This document shows, piece by piece, positions 9,223 to 16,857 of a DNA stretch of 32,000 bases. Under the pieces are notes generated by a model. That model searched no databases and was not told the DNA's origin. It saw only the letters and a program-made list of their open reading frames with translations. A program made the translations under genes and the position numbers. The stretch's first letter is position 1; each line of letters starts with the position of its first letter. The stretch comes from Mycolicibacterium smegmatis (GTDB lineage Bacteria; Actinomycetota; Actinomycetes; Mycobacteriales; Mycobacteriaceae): contig NZ_LN831039.1 of NCBI RefSeq assembly GCF_001457595.1, positions 4,740,001 through 4,772,000 of the forward strand, in the 5' to 3' direction.

Positions 9223-10099
9223 ACCCGCTGTCTGCTCCGGCCACAGCGCCATCACCGACCTCAGGGCATCCGAACCCGGCATGATCGCCGCGGCGTGGCA
9301 GCGCCGCACCACCCGGCCGACCGTCCGCGGCGACGGCAGGCTCATGATCGTCGCGGCCGACCATCCCGCGCGCGGCGCACTGGCCGTCGGATCGCGGCCC
9401 ACCGCGATGAACAGCCGCACCGACCTGCTCGACCGCCTGTGCACCGCGCTGGCCGATCCCGGCGTCGACGGTGTGCTGGCCACCGCCGACATCCTCGACG
9501 ACCTCCTGCTGCTCGGCGCGCTGGAAGACAAGGTGGTGTTCTCGTCGTTCAACCGCGGCGGGCTCTCCGGTTCGGTCTTCGAGATGGACGACCGCATGAC
9601 AGGCGCCACCGCGGCGTCGACCGCCGCCGCCCGGATGAACGGCGGAAAGATGTTGTGCCGCATCGACCTCGACGATCCCGGAACGGTCGCGACGCTGGCG
9701 TCGTGCGCCCAGGCCGTCGACGCGCTGGCGTCTCACGGCCTGGTCGCCATGCTGGAGCCGTTCCTGTCGCGCCGGGTCGACGGCAAGGTCCGCAACGACC
9801 TGACCCCGGACGCCGTGATCAAGTCGGTCCACATCAGCCAGGCGCTGGGTTCGACGTCGGCCTACACGTGGCTCAAGCTGCCGGTCGTCGACGAGATGGA
9901 GCGCGTGATGGACGCGACGACCATGCCGACACTGCTGCTCGGCGGCGACCCGACAGATCCCGACGAGGCGTTCGCGTCCTGGGAGAAAGCCCTGGCGCTG
10001 CCCTCGGTACGCGGTCTCATCGCGGGCCGCAGCCTCCTGTACCCGGCCGACGACGACGTGCGCTCGGCCATCTCGACCGCAGTGAAGTTGGTGCACTGA
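9215..10099 (+). CDS. DeoC/LacD-like (beta/alpha)8 aldolase of the Cgl0159 type; candidate DKGP aldolase in inositol catabolism
   Basis: 294 aa; LMIVAADHPARGALAVG, GGKMLCRIDLDDPGT, SAYTWLKLPVV, TLLLGGDPT, position between iolC and iolB; 8-bp overlap with iolC. Confidence 0.78.
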   Translation: MSRPAVCSGHSAITDLRASEPGMIAAAWQRRTTRPTVRGDGRLMIVAADHPARGALAVGSRPTAMNSRTDLLDRLCTALADPGVDGVLATADILDDLLLLGALEDKVVFSSFNRGGLSGSVFEMDDRMTGATAASTAAARMNGGKMLCRIDLDDPGTVATLASCAQAVDALASHGLVAMLEPFLSRRVDGKVRNDLTPDAVIKSVHISQALGSTSAYTWLKLPVVDEMERVMDATTMPTLLLGGDPTDPDEAFASWEKALALPSVRGLIAGRSLLYPADDDVRSAISTAVKLVH

Positions 10100-10100
10100 C

Positions 10101-10976
10101 ATGCATTCGAAGCTGTACATCCCGGCCCGCAGTGCAGCGGCGCCGTACACCGTCGACATCACCCCGGAATCCGCGGGCTGGGCCGAATCCTCGCTGCAGG
10201 TCGTCGACCTCGGCGACTCCGGTTCGGTGTCGCGGTCCACGGGCGACACCGAGGTGATGATCCTGCCGCTGGCCGGCGGCGCCCAGATCGAATGCGCCGG
10301 TGAGACCTTCGAGCTCGCCGGCCGCGCATCGGTTTTCCACGGCCCGGCCGACATGGTCTATCTGGGCATCGGTCAGGACTACACCATCACCGGTCACGGC
10401 CGCATCGCGATCTGCGGCGCACGCGCGACACGCAGTTTCCCGAACCGGCGGCGCGCCGCATCGGAGGTTCCCGTGGAGTTGCGCGGCGCGGGCAACTGCA
10501 GCCGCCAGGTGCACAACTTCGGCACCGCGACCACGTTCGAGGCCGACTCGCTGATCGCGTGCGAGGTCATCACACCGGGCGGCAACTGGTCCAGCTACCC
10601 GGCCCACAAGCACGACGAGAACACCGAGGTCGAAACGCAGCTGGAGGAGATCTACTACTTCGAGATCGACGACAGCCCGGCCGGCACACCGGGTTTCGGG
10701 TACCACCGGGTGTACGGCACACCGGAGCGGCCGATCGAGGTGCTCGAGGAGGTGCGCTCCGGTGACGTGGTGCTGGTGCCGCACGGATACCACGGACCGT
10801 CGATCGCGGCTCCCGGACACCACATGTACTACCTCAACGTGATGGCAGGCTCCGGTCCCGACCGTGCCTGGCTGATCTGCGACGACCCGAACCACACCTG
10901 GCTGCGCGGCAGCTGGGAACACCAGGAAGTAGACCCCCGGCTGCCGTTCGGCACCGCATCACGCGAAGGAGCCTGA
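10101..10976 (+). CDS. iolB: 5-deoxy-glucuronate isomerase
   Basis: 291 aa; ITPESAGW, LPLAGGAQIECAGE, CEVITPGGNWSSYPAHKHDE, EEIYYFEI, VVLVPHGYHGPSIAAPGHHMYYLNVMAG. Confidence 0.96.
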   Translation: MHSKLYIPARSAAAPYTVDITPESAGWAESSLQVVDLGDSGSVSRSTGDTEVMILPLAGGAQIECAGETFELAGRASVFHGPADMVYLGIGQDYTITGHGRIAICGARATRSFPNRRRAASEVPVELRGAGNCSRQVHNFGTATTFEADSLIACEVITPGGNWSSYPAHKHDENTEVETQLEEIYYFEIDDSPAGTPGFGYHRVYGTPERPIEVLEEVRSGDVVLVPHGYHGPSIAAPGHHMYYLNVMAGSGPDRAWLICDDPNHTWLRGSWEHQEVDPRLPFGTASREGA

Positions 10977-10980
10977 ACCC

Positions 10981-12930
10981 GTGGTATCCACCGCACCCAA
11001 GTCGGCCGAGAAACTGGTCGACACCGAGGACACCGTCCGACTCACCGTGGCGCAGGCCACCGTCCGCTTCCTGGCCAACCAGTACGTGGAGCGCGACGGG
11101 CAACGGAACAAGTTCTTCGCAGGCTGCTTCGGCATCTTCGGTCACGGCAACGTCGCAGGCCTGGGCCAGGCACTGCTCGAGGACGAGGTCGCGGCCGCGG
11201 AGGCCGGCCGCGAACCGGGACTGAAGTACGTGCTGAGCCGCAACGAGCAGGCCATGGTGCACAGCGCCGTCGCCTACGCCCGGCAGCAGGACCGTCTGCA
11301 GGCGTGGGCCGTGACCGCGAGCATCGGCCCCGGTTCCACCAACATGCTCACCGGCGCCGCGCTCGCCACGATCAACCGGCTACCCGTATTGCTGCTTCCC
11401 GCAGACACGTTCGCGACGCGGGTGAGCTCCCCGGTGCTGCAGGAGCTGGAACTGCCGTCGTCGGGCGACGTGACGGTCAACGACGCGTTCAAGCCGCTGT
11501 CCCGCTTCTTCGACCGGGTGTGGCGGCCCGAGCAGTTGCCCGCCGCGCTGCTGGGTGCCATGCGCGTGCTCACCGACCCGGTGGAGACCGGCACCGCGAC
11601 CATCGCCATCCCGCAGGACGTGCAGGCCGAGGCGCACGACTGGCCGGTGTCGCTGTTCACCGAGCGCACCTGGCACGTGGCCCGCCCGGTGCCCGAGCGT
11701 TCGGTGATCGCACGGGCCGCCGAGATCATCGCATCGGCCCGCAAGCCGCTGATCATCGCAGGCGGTGGCGTGCACTACTCCGGCGCCGAAGAGGTTCTGG
11801 CAGCGCTGGCGTCCGCCACGGGCATCCCGGTGTCGGAGACCCAGGCGGGCAAGGGATCACTGCGTTACGACCATCCACAATCGGTCGGCGCGGTCGGCTC
11901 GACCGGCACCACCGCGGCCAACGCGCTCGCGTCGGAGGCCGACGTGGTGATCGGGATCGGGACGCGCTACAGCGATTTCACGTCGGCGTCGCGCACCGCG
12001 TTCAACAACCCCGACGTGCGGTTCGTCAACGTCAACGTGGCGTCGTTCGACGCGGTCAAACAGGGCGGCCTCAGTGTCGTCGCCGACGCGCGCGAGGCCA
12101 TCGAGGCACTGACCGCTGCGCTGCAGGACTATTCCGTGAGCGACGAATACCGCACCCGCACAGCCGAACTCGCGGCCGAGTGGGAGGACACCGTGTCCGC
12201 CGCGTATGCGGTCGACGACGCCGCTCCGCTGAACCAGAACCAGGTGATCGGCCTGGTGAACACGCTGTCGGAGCCGCGCGACGTCGTGGTGTGCGCGGCC
12301 GGTTCGATGCCGGGTGACCTGCACAAGATGTGGCGGACCCGCGACCGCAAGGGTTACCACGTCGAGTACGGGTACTCCTGCATGGGCTACGAGATCGCCG
12401 GTGGCATCGGCGTGCGCATGGCCTCCCCCGACCGCGACGTGTTCGTGATGGTCGGCGACGGCTCGTACCTGATGATGGCGACCGAACTCGTCACGGCCGT
12501 GCAGGAGGGCGTCAAGATCATCCCGGTCATCGTGCAGAACCACGGGTTCGCGTCCATCGGCGGCCTCTCGGAGTCGGTGGGTTCGCAGCGGTTCGGTACG
12601 GCGTACCGCTACCGCACCGGCGACGGCCGCCTCGACGGCGACAGGCTCCCGGTGGATCTGGCGGCCAACGCGGCGAGCCTCGGCGCCGACGTCATCCGCG
12701 TGACCACCGCGGCAGAGTTCACCGACGCCGTCAAGGTGGCCAAGGCCGCCGAACGGACCACCGTCATCCACGTCGAGACCGATCCGTTGATCTACGCACC
12801 CGACAGCCACTCGTGGTGGGACGTCCCGGTGTCGCAGGTCTCGGCACTGGAGTCCACCCGTGCCGCCTACGAGCGGTACGCGGAGTGGAAAAAGGTGCAA
12901 CGTCCCCTGATCAACCCTTCGGATAGCTGA
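10981..12930 (+). CDS. iolD: 3D-(3,5/4)-trihydroxycyclohexane-1,2-dione acylhydrolase (TPP-dependent)
   Basis: 649 aa; RLTVAQATVRFLANQYVERDG, FGIFGHGNVAGLGQAL, TPP-binding GDGSYLMMATELVTAVQEG; GTG start after GAAGGAG. Confidence 0.96.
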   Translation: MVSTAPKSAEKLVDTEDTVRLTVAQATVRFLANQYVERDGQRNKFFAGCFGIFGHGNVAGLGQALLEDEVAAAEAGREPGLKYVLSRNEQAMVHSAVAYARQQDRLQAWAVTASIGPGSTNMLTGAALATINRLPVLLLPADTFATRVSSPVLQELELPSSGDVTVNDAFKPLSRFFDRVWRPEQLPAALLGAMRVLTDPVETGTATIAIPQDVQAEAHDWPVSLFTERTWHVARPVPERSVIARAAEIIASARKPLIIAGGGVHYSGAEEVLAALASATGIPVSETQAGKGSLRYDHPQSVGAVGSTGTTAANALASEADVVIGIGTRYSDFTSASRTAFNNPDVRFVNVNVASFDAVKQGGLSVVADAREAIEALTAALQDYSVSDEYRTRTAELAAEWEDTVSAAYAVDDAAPLNQNQVIGLVNTLSEPRDVVVCAAGSMPGDLHKMWRTRDRKGYHVEYGYSCMGYEIAGGIGVRMASPDRDVFVMVGDGSYLMMATELVTAVQEGVKIIPVIVQNHGFASIGGLSESVGSQRFGTAYRYRTGDGRLDGDRLPVDLAANAASLGADVIRVTTAAEFTDAVKVAKAAERTTVIHVETDPLIYAPDSHSWWDVPVSQVSALESTRAAYERYAEWKKVQRPLINPSDS

Positions 12931-12939
12931 GGACCGCCG

Positions 12940-13860
12940 GTGAGCAGAATTCTCGTCGGTTCGGCACCCGACTCCTGGGGCGTGTGGTTTCCCGACGATC
13001 CACAGCAGACGCCCTACACCCGCTTCCTCGACGAAGTTGCCTCAGCGGGCTACCGGTGGATCGAGCTGGGCCCCTACGGGTACCTGCCGACCGATCCGGA
13101 CAAGCTCGCGGACGAACTGGCCCAGCGTGACCTGTCGCTCTCGGCGGGAACGGTTTTCGAGCACCTGTACCAGTCCGCGACCCGCGGGGACGACGCCTGG
13201 AACTCGGTGTGGACCCAGATCGAGGACGTCGCCAGGCTGACCGCCGCGGTGGGCGGCAAGCACGTCGTCGTCATCCCGGAGATGTGGCGCGACCCCGCGA
13301 CCGGTGCGGTGCTCGAAGACCGCAACCTCACCGCCGAGCAGTGGCGCCAGAAGACCCAGGGCATGAACGAACTGGGCAGGGCCATGTTCGAGAAGTACGG
13401 CGTGCGTGCGCAATACCACCCGCACGCCGACAGCCATGTGGACACCGAGGAGAACGTCTACCGGTTCCTCGACGGCACCGACGGCGAGTTCGTCAATCTG
13501 TGTCTTGACACCGGCCACATCAGCTACTGCGGCGGCGACAACATCGCGATCATCCGGCACGCTCCCGAGCGCATCGGCTACCTGCACCTCAAGCAGGTCG
13601 ACCCCGAGGTCCGCGCCAAGGTCGAGGCCGAGGACCTGCCGTTCGGGGAAGCCGTCAAGCTCGGCGCGATGACCGAACCGCCGCGCGGTATCCCCGACAT
13701 GCCACCGTTGCTCGCCGAGATCGAAAAGCTCGGTGTCGACGTGTTCGCGATCGTCGAGCAGGACATGTATCCGTGTGACCCCGACTCACCGCTGCCCATC
13801 GCGCAGCGCACGCGTTCCTACCTCGGATCCTGCGGGGTGCCCGCGGTCCGGTTCACCTAG
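12940..13860 (+). CDS. iolE: Myo-inosose-2 dehydratase
   Basis: 306 aa; GSAPDSWGVWFPDDPQQTP, RWIELGPYGYLPTDP, LCLDTGHISYCGGDN, YLHLKQVDP. Confidence 0.95.
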   Translation: MSRILVGSAPDSWGVWFPDDPQQTPYTRFLDEVASAGYRWIELGPYGYLPTDPDKLADELAQRDLSLSAGTVFEHLYQSATRGDDAWNSVWTQIEDVARLTAAVGGKHVVVIPEMWRDPATGAVLEDRNLTAEQWRQKTQGMNELGRAMFEKYGVRAQYHPHADSHVDTEENVYRFLDGTDGEFVNLCLDTGHISYCGGDNIAIIRHAPERIGYLHLKQVDPEVRAKVEAEDLPFGEAVKLGAMTEPPRGIPDMPPLLAEIEKLGVDVFAIVEQDMYPCDPDSPLPIAQRTRSYLGSCGVPAVRFT

Positions 13861-13883
13861 CCGAAACCAGTCCAGGAGTGGAG

Positions 13884-14921
13884 ATGTCAGATCTTCGTGT
13901 CGCAGTGCTCGGCGTCGGCGTCATGGGCGCCGACCACGTCGAGCGGCTGTCCACCCGCATCGCCGGCGTGAAGGTCGCCGTGGTCAACGACTTCATCGAG
14001 GCCCGCGCCGAGGAGGTCGCGGCCGGTGTGCCCGGATGCCGCGTGGTGTCAGATCCGTTGGAGGCCATCGCGGATCCCGATGTCGACGCGGTGGTGCTGG
14101 CAACGCCGGGACCGACGCACGACAAGCAGTTGCTGGCGTGCCTGGAACACCGCAAGCCCGTGCTGTGTGAGAAACCGCTGACCACCGACGTGGATTCGGC
14201 GCTCGATGTGGTGCGCCGCGAGGCCGAACTGGGTGTCCGGTTGATCCAGGTCGGCTTCATGCGCCGGTTCGATCCCGAGTACGCCGAACTGAAGACGCTG
14301 ATCGGCGCGGGCGAGTTCGGCCAACCGCTGGTGCTGCACTGCGTGCACCGCAACGCGGCCGTGCCGCCCAGTTTCGACAGCACGATGATCGTCAAGGACT
14401 CGCTGGTGCACGAGGTCGACGTCACCCGGTTCCTGTTCGACGAGGAGATCGCGTCGGTCCACATCCTGCGTCCCACACCGAATCCCGGTGCACCCGAGGG
14501 GATCCGGGATCCCCAGATCGCGATCATGAAGACACCCTCGGGCAAGCATGTCGACGTCGAACTGTTCGTCACCACCGGTGTGGGCTACGAGGTACGCACC
14601 GAACTGGTGGCCGAAAAAGGCACCGCCATGATCGGTCTGGAGGTCGGCCTGATCCGCAAGGGCGTGTCCGGCACGTGGGGCGGCGCGATCGCACCCGATT
14701 TCCGGGTACGTTTCGGCACGGCCTACGACATCGAGTTCCAGCGATGGGTGGCCGCGGTGCGCCACGGCATCGCCACCGGTTCGGACGATTACACCGACGG
14801 CCCGACGGCCTGGGACGGCTACGCCGCGGCGGCGGTGTGCGCCGCGGGTGTGGAATCGCTCGCCAGTGGCCGACCGGTCGAGGTGAAGATGGTCGAGCGC
14901 GCGTCGATCAAGGGGGCGTGA
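13884..14921 (+). CDS. iolG: Inositol 2-dehydrogenase (Gfo/Idh/MocA family)
   Basis: VAVLGVGVMGADHVERL, VLCEKPLTT, QVGFMRRFDPEYAEL, SLVHEVDVTRFLF; AGGAG upstream of ATG 13884 (alternative GTG 13878). Confidence 0.93.
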   Translation: MSDLRVAVLGVGVMGADHVERLSTRIAGVKVAVVNDFIEARAEEVAAGVPGCRVVSDPLEAIADPDVDAVVLATPGPTHDKQLLACLEHRKPVLCEKPLTTDVDSALDVVRREAELGVRLIQVGFMRRFDPEYAELKTLIGAGEFGQPLVLHCVHRNAAVPPSFDSTMIVKDSLVHEVDVTRFLFDEEIASVHILRPTPNPGAPEGIRDPQIAIMKTPSGKHVDVELFVTTGVGYEVRTELVAEKGTAMIGLEVGLIRKGVSGTWGGAIAPDFRVRFGTAYDIEFQRWVAAVRHGIATGSDDYTDGPTAWDGYAAAAVCAAGVESLASGRPVEVKMVERASIKGA

Positions 14922-14922
14922 G

Positions 14923-15798
14923 GTGAAGGTCGCACTGGATCCCACGCCGTTCCACCACGATCACGGGTTGCTCGACCTGCCACAGGTGGTGGCCGATTGC
15001 GGCTACGAGTACCTGCAACTAACGCCGCATCGCGACTTCATCCCGTTCTTCAACCATCCGCGCGCCGACGACGCCCTGGTGACCGCGTTCGGCAAGGCCT
15101 GCGCTGACGCGGGGGTCGGCATCGCCTCGGTACTGCCGGTGCTGCGCTGGTCCAGCCCCGACCCGGACGCTCGTGAAGCTGCGGTGCGCAACTGGAAACG
15201 CGTCATCCAGATCACCGTCGACCTCGGTGTCAACGTGATCAACACCGAGTTCTCCGGGCGCCCGGAGAAGGCCGAGGAGTCCGAGCGGGCGTTCTTCCGG
15301 TCCATGGAGGAACTGCTGCCGATCTTCGAACGCGAAGGCATCGACGTGCGCATCGACCCGCACCCCGACGACTTCGTCGAGGACGGTATGGAGGCGCTGC
15401 GCATCATCCGCGGAATCAACTCCCCCAACGTCGGCATGGTGTACGTGGCGTGTCACACCTTCCACATGGGCGCCAACATGTCCGAGATCATCCGCGCCGC
15501 GGGAGACCGGCTCCGTCTGGTGCACGTCGCCGACACCATGGACCACCGCCGCTCCCACGGGCTGCGCTACATCACCAACCCGCCGGGCAGCCCCGCGAGG
15601 GTGCACCAGCACCTCAAGATCGGCGACGGCGACATCGACTGGGACGAGTTCTTCTCCGGCCTCGCCGAGATCGGCTTCTACGACCGCCCCGACACCGTCA
15701 TGGTGTCCTCGGTGTTCGCCGAGGACGAGACCGCCCACGAGGTGTCCCGCTACCAGTTGAAGACCATGAGCGAGTACGTCACCAAGTACCAGAACTGA
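14923..15798 (+). CDS. Sugar phosphate isomerase/epimerase (TIM barrel), inositol-cluster associated, IolH-like
   Basis: 291 aa; IDVRIDPHPDDFVEDGMEALRIIRGINSPNVGMVYVACHTFHMGANMSEII, LRLVHVADTMDHRRSHGLRYITNPPGSPARVHQHLKIGDGDIDW. Confidence 0.85.
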   Translation: MKVALDPTPFHHDHGLLDLPQVVADCGYEYLQLTPHRDFIPFFNHPRADDALVTAFGKACADAGVGIASVLPVLRWSSPDPDAREAAVRNWKRVIQITVDLGVNVINTEFSGRPEKAEESERAFFRSMEELLPIFEREGIDVRIDPHPDDFVEDGMEALRIIRGINSPNVGMVYVACHTFHMGANMSEIIRAAGDRLRLVHVADTMDHRRSHGLRYITNPPGSPARVHQHLKIGDGDIDWDEFFSGLAEIGFYDRPDTVMVSSVFAEDETAHEVSRYQLKTMSEYVTKYQN

Positions 15799-15800
15799 TT

Positions 15801-16736
15801 TCACGACCGCAGGTCGGCCCACATGCGGTCGATGCGTGTGCTCAGGTCGATGCCCTCGGCCACCTCGGCCAGTGCCGCGGCCACGATGGACGCCGGTGCC
15901 CGGTCCAGCACGATGAGCCCGATCGCCGGGCTCGGACCGTGCTGCACCATGGGCCGCGCCGCGAACCCTTCGGGGATCCCGAGTTGCGGCAGCCACGCGG
16001 TGGACGCGATCGTCGCGCGCTTCGACGAGATCAGGTGCGCATACAGCGCGTCCACCGAATCGGCCTCGACCACCGGGCGGTACTGCGCGCCCTCGGCGGC
16101 CATGTTGGCGTCCAGGATGCGCCGGTTGCGCATGGCGGTGGTCAGCATGCACAACGGGCGGCCCGCCGCGTCGGACCAGCTCACCGGGGACTCACCCATC
16201 AGCGGATCGTCGCCGGGTGCGACCAGGACGTACTGCTCGCGGTACAACTCGACCGACCGGGTGCCGGGCGGGGTCTCCTCGTCGAGGTAGGTCAGTCCGC
16301 CGTCGATCTCGAAATCCGCGAGCCGGCGCGCGATCTCACGCGACGAGAGCGCCTCGATGCGCACCGAGGCGGCCGGGTTGCGGCGCAGGAACTCGTCGGT
16401 CACGAACGGGCTGGCGGGCACCGCTGTCGGGATCGCCCCGATGCGGGCGGTGGCCGTCAACCGTCCCTGCATCCGCTCGATGTCGGCGAGCATCTCGTCG
16501 CGCTCGGCGACGATGCGCTGCGCCCATGTCACAACACGACGGCCCTCCTCGGTGAAACCCTCGAATCGTTGTCCGCGCTGCACGATCGTGATGCCCAGAT
16601 CGCGCTCGAGCCGGCGGATCGCCACCGACAGCGTCGGCTGACTCACGTGGCACCGCGCGGCGGCACGGCCGAAGTGCCGCTCGGAGGCGAGCGCGAGCAG
16701 ATAGTCGAGGTGTTGTAACATCACATCGCTTGCCAT
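15801..16736 (-). CDS. LysR family transcriptional regulator
   Basis: MLQHLDYLLALASERHFGRAAARCHVSQPTLSVAIRRLERDLGITIVQRGQ N-terminal HTH; likely start ATG 16736 (ORF to 16772). Confidence 0.93.
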   Translation of the reverse strand: MASDVMLQHLDYLLALASERHFGRAAARCHVSQPTLSVAIRRLERDLGITIVQRGQRFEGFTEEGRRVVTWAQRIVAERDEMLADIERMQGRLTATARIGAIPTAVPASPFVTDEFLRRNPAASVRIEALSSREIARRLADFEIDGGLTYLDEETPPGTRSVELYREQYVLVAPGDDPLMGESPVSWSDAAGRPLCMLTTAMRNRRILDANMAAEGAQYRPVVEADSVDALYAHLISSKRATIASTAWLPQLGIPEGFAARPMVQHGPSPAIGLIVLDRAPASIVAAALAEVAEGIDLSTRIDRMWADLRS

Positions 16737-16762
16737 GGCGCCTTCCGAAGTTCGTCGCTGTT

Positions 16763-16793
16763 TGATAGACAACGTCTATCACTGCATGTGATA
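16763..16793. promoter_or_regulatory. Predicted LysR-type operator: two overlapping palindromes
   Basis: TGATAGAC-AAC-GTCTATCA (16763-16781, perfect 8-bp arms, contains T-N11-A) overlapping TATCAC-TGCAT-GTGATA (16777-16793, perfect 6-bp arms, also T-N11-A), in a divergent lysR/fdhF intergenic region. Confidence 0.7.
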
Positions 16794-16844
16794 AGCCAAA
16801 TACGAACTCTGCCTCATCGACTGCCGGTGGACATCGCGCGCGGC

Positions 16845-16850
16845 TAGATT
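16845..16850 (+). promoter_or_regulatory. Candidate -10 element (TAGATT) giving a leaderless fdhF-like transcript
   Basis: TAGATT fits the TANNNT -10 pattern and lies 7 nt before ATG 16858. Confidence 0.4.
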
Positions 16851-16857
16851 GGGCTTC

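Noticed and set aside
8239-9663. 474-aa minus-strand ORF across iolC and the aldolase gene
   Set aside because: Shadow ORF opposite two conserved enzymes; no domain features.
12940-13860. Possibility that iolE/iolG and the left-hand triad are a recent direct DNA duplication
   Set aside because: Protein similarity is only partial and the DNA is clearly diverged; ancient paralogy or a functionally similar module is more likely.
15019-16152. 377-aa minus-strand ORF across the TIM-barrel gene and the end of lysR
   Set aside because: No motif; overlaps conserved coding genes on both strands.
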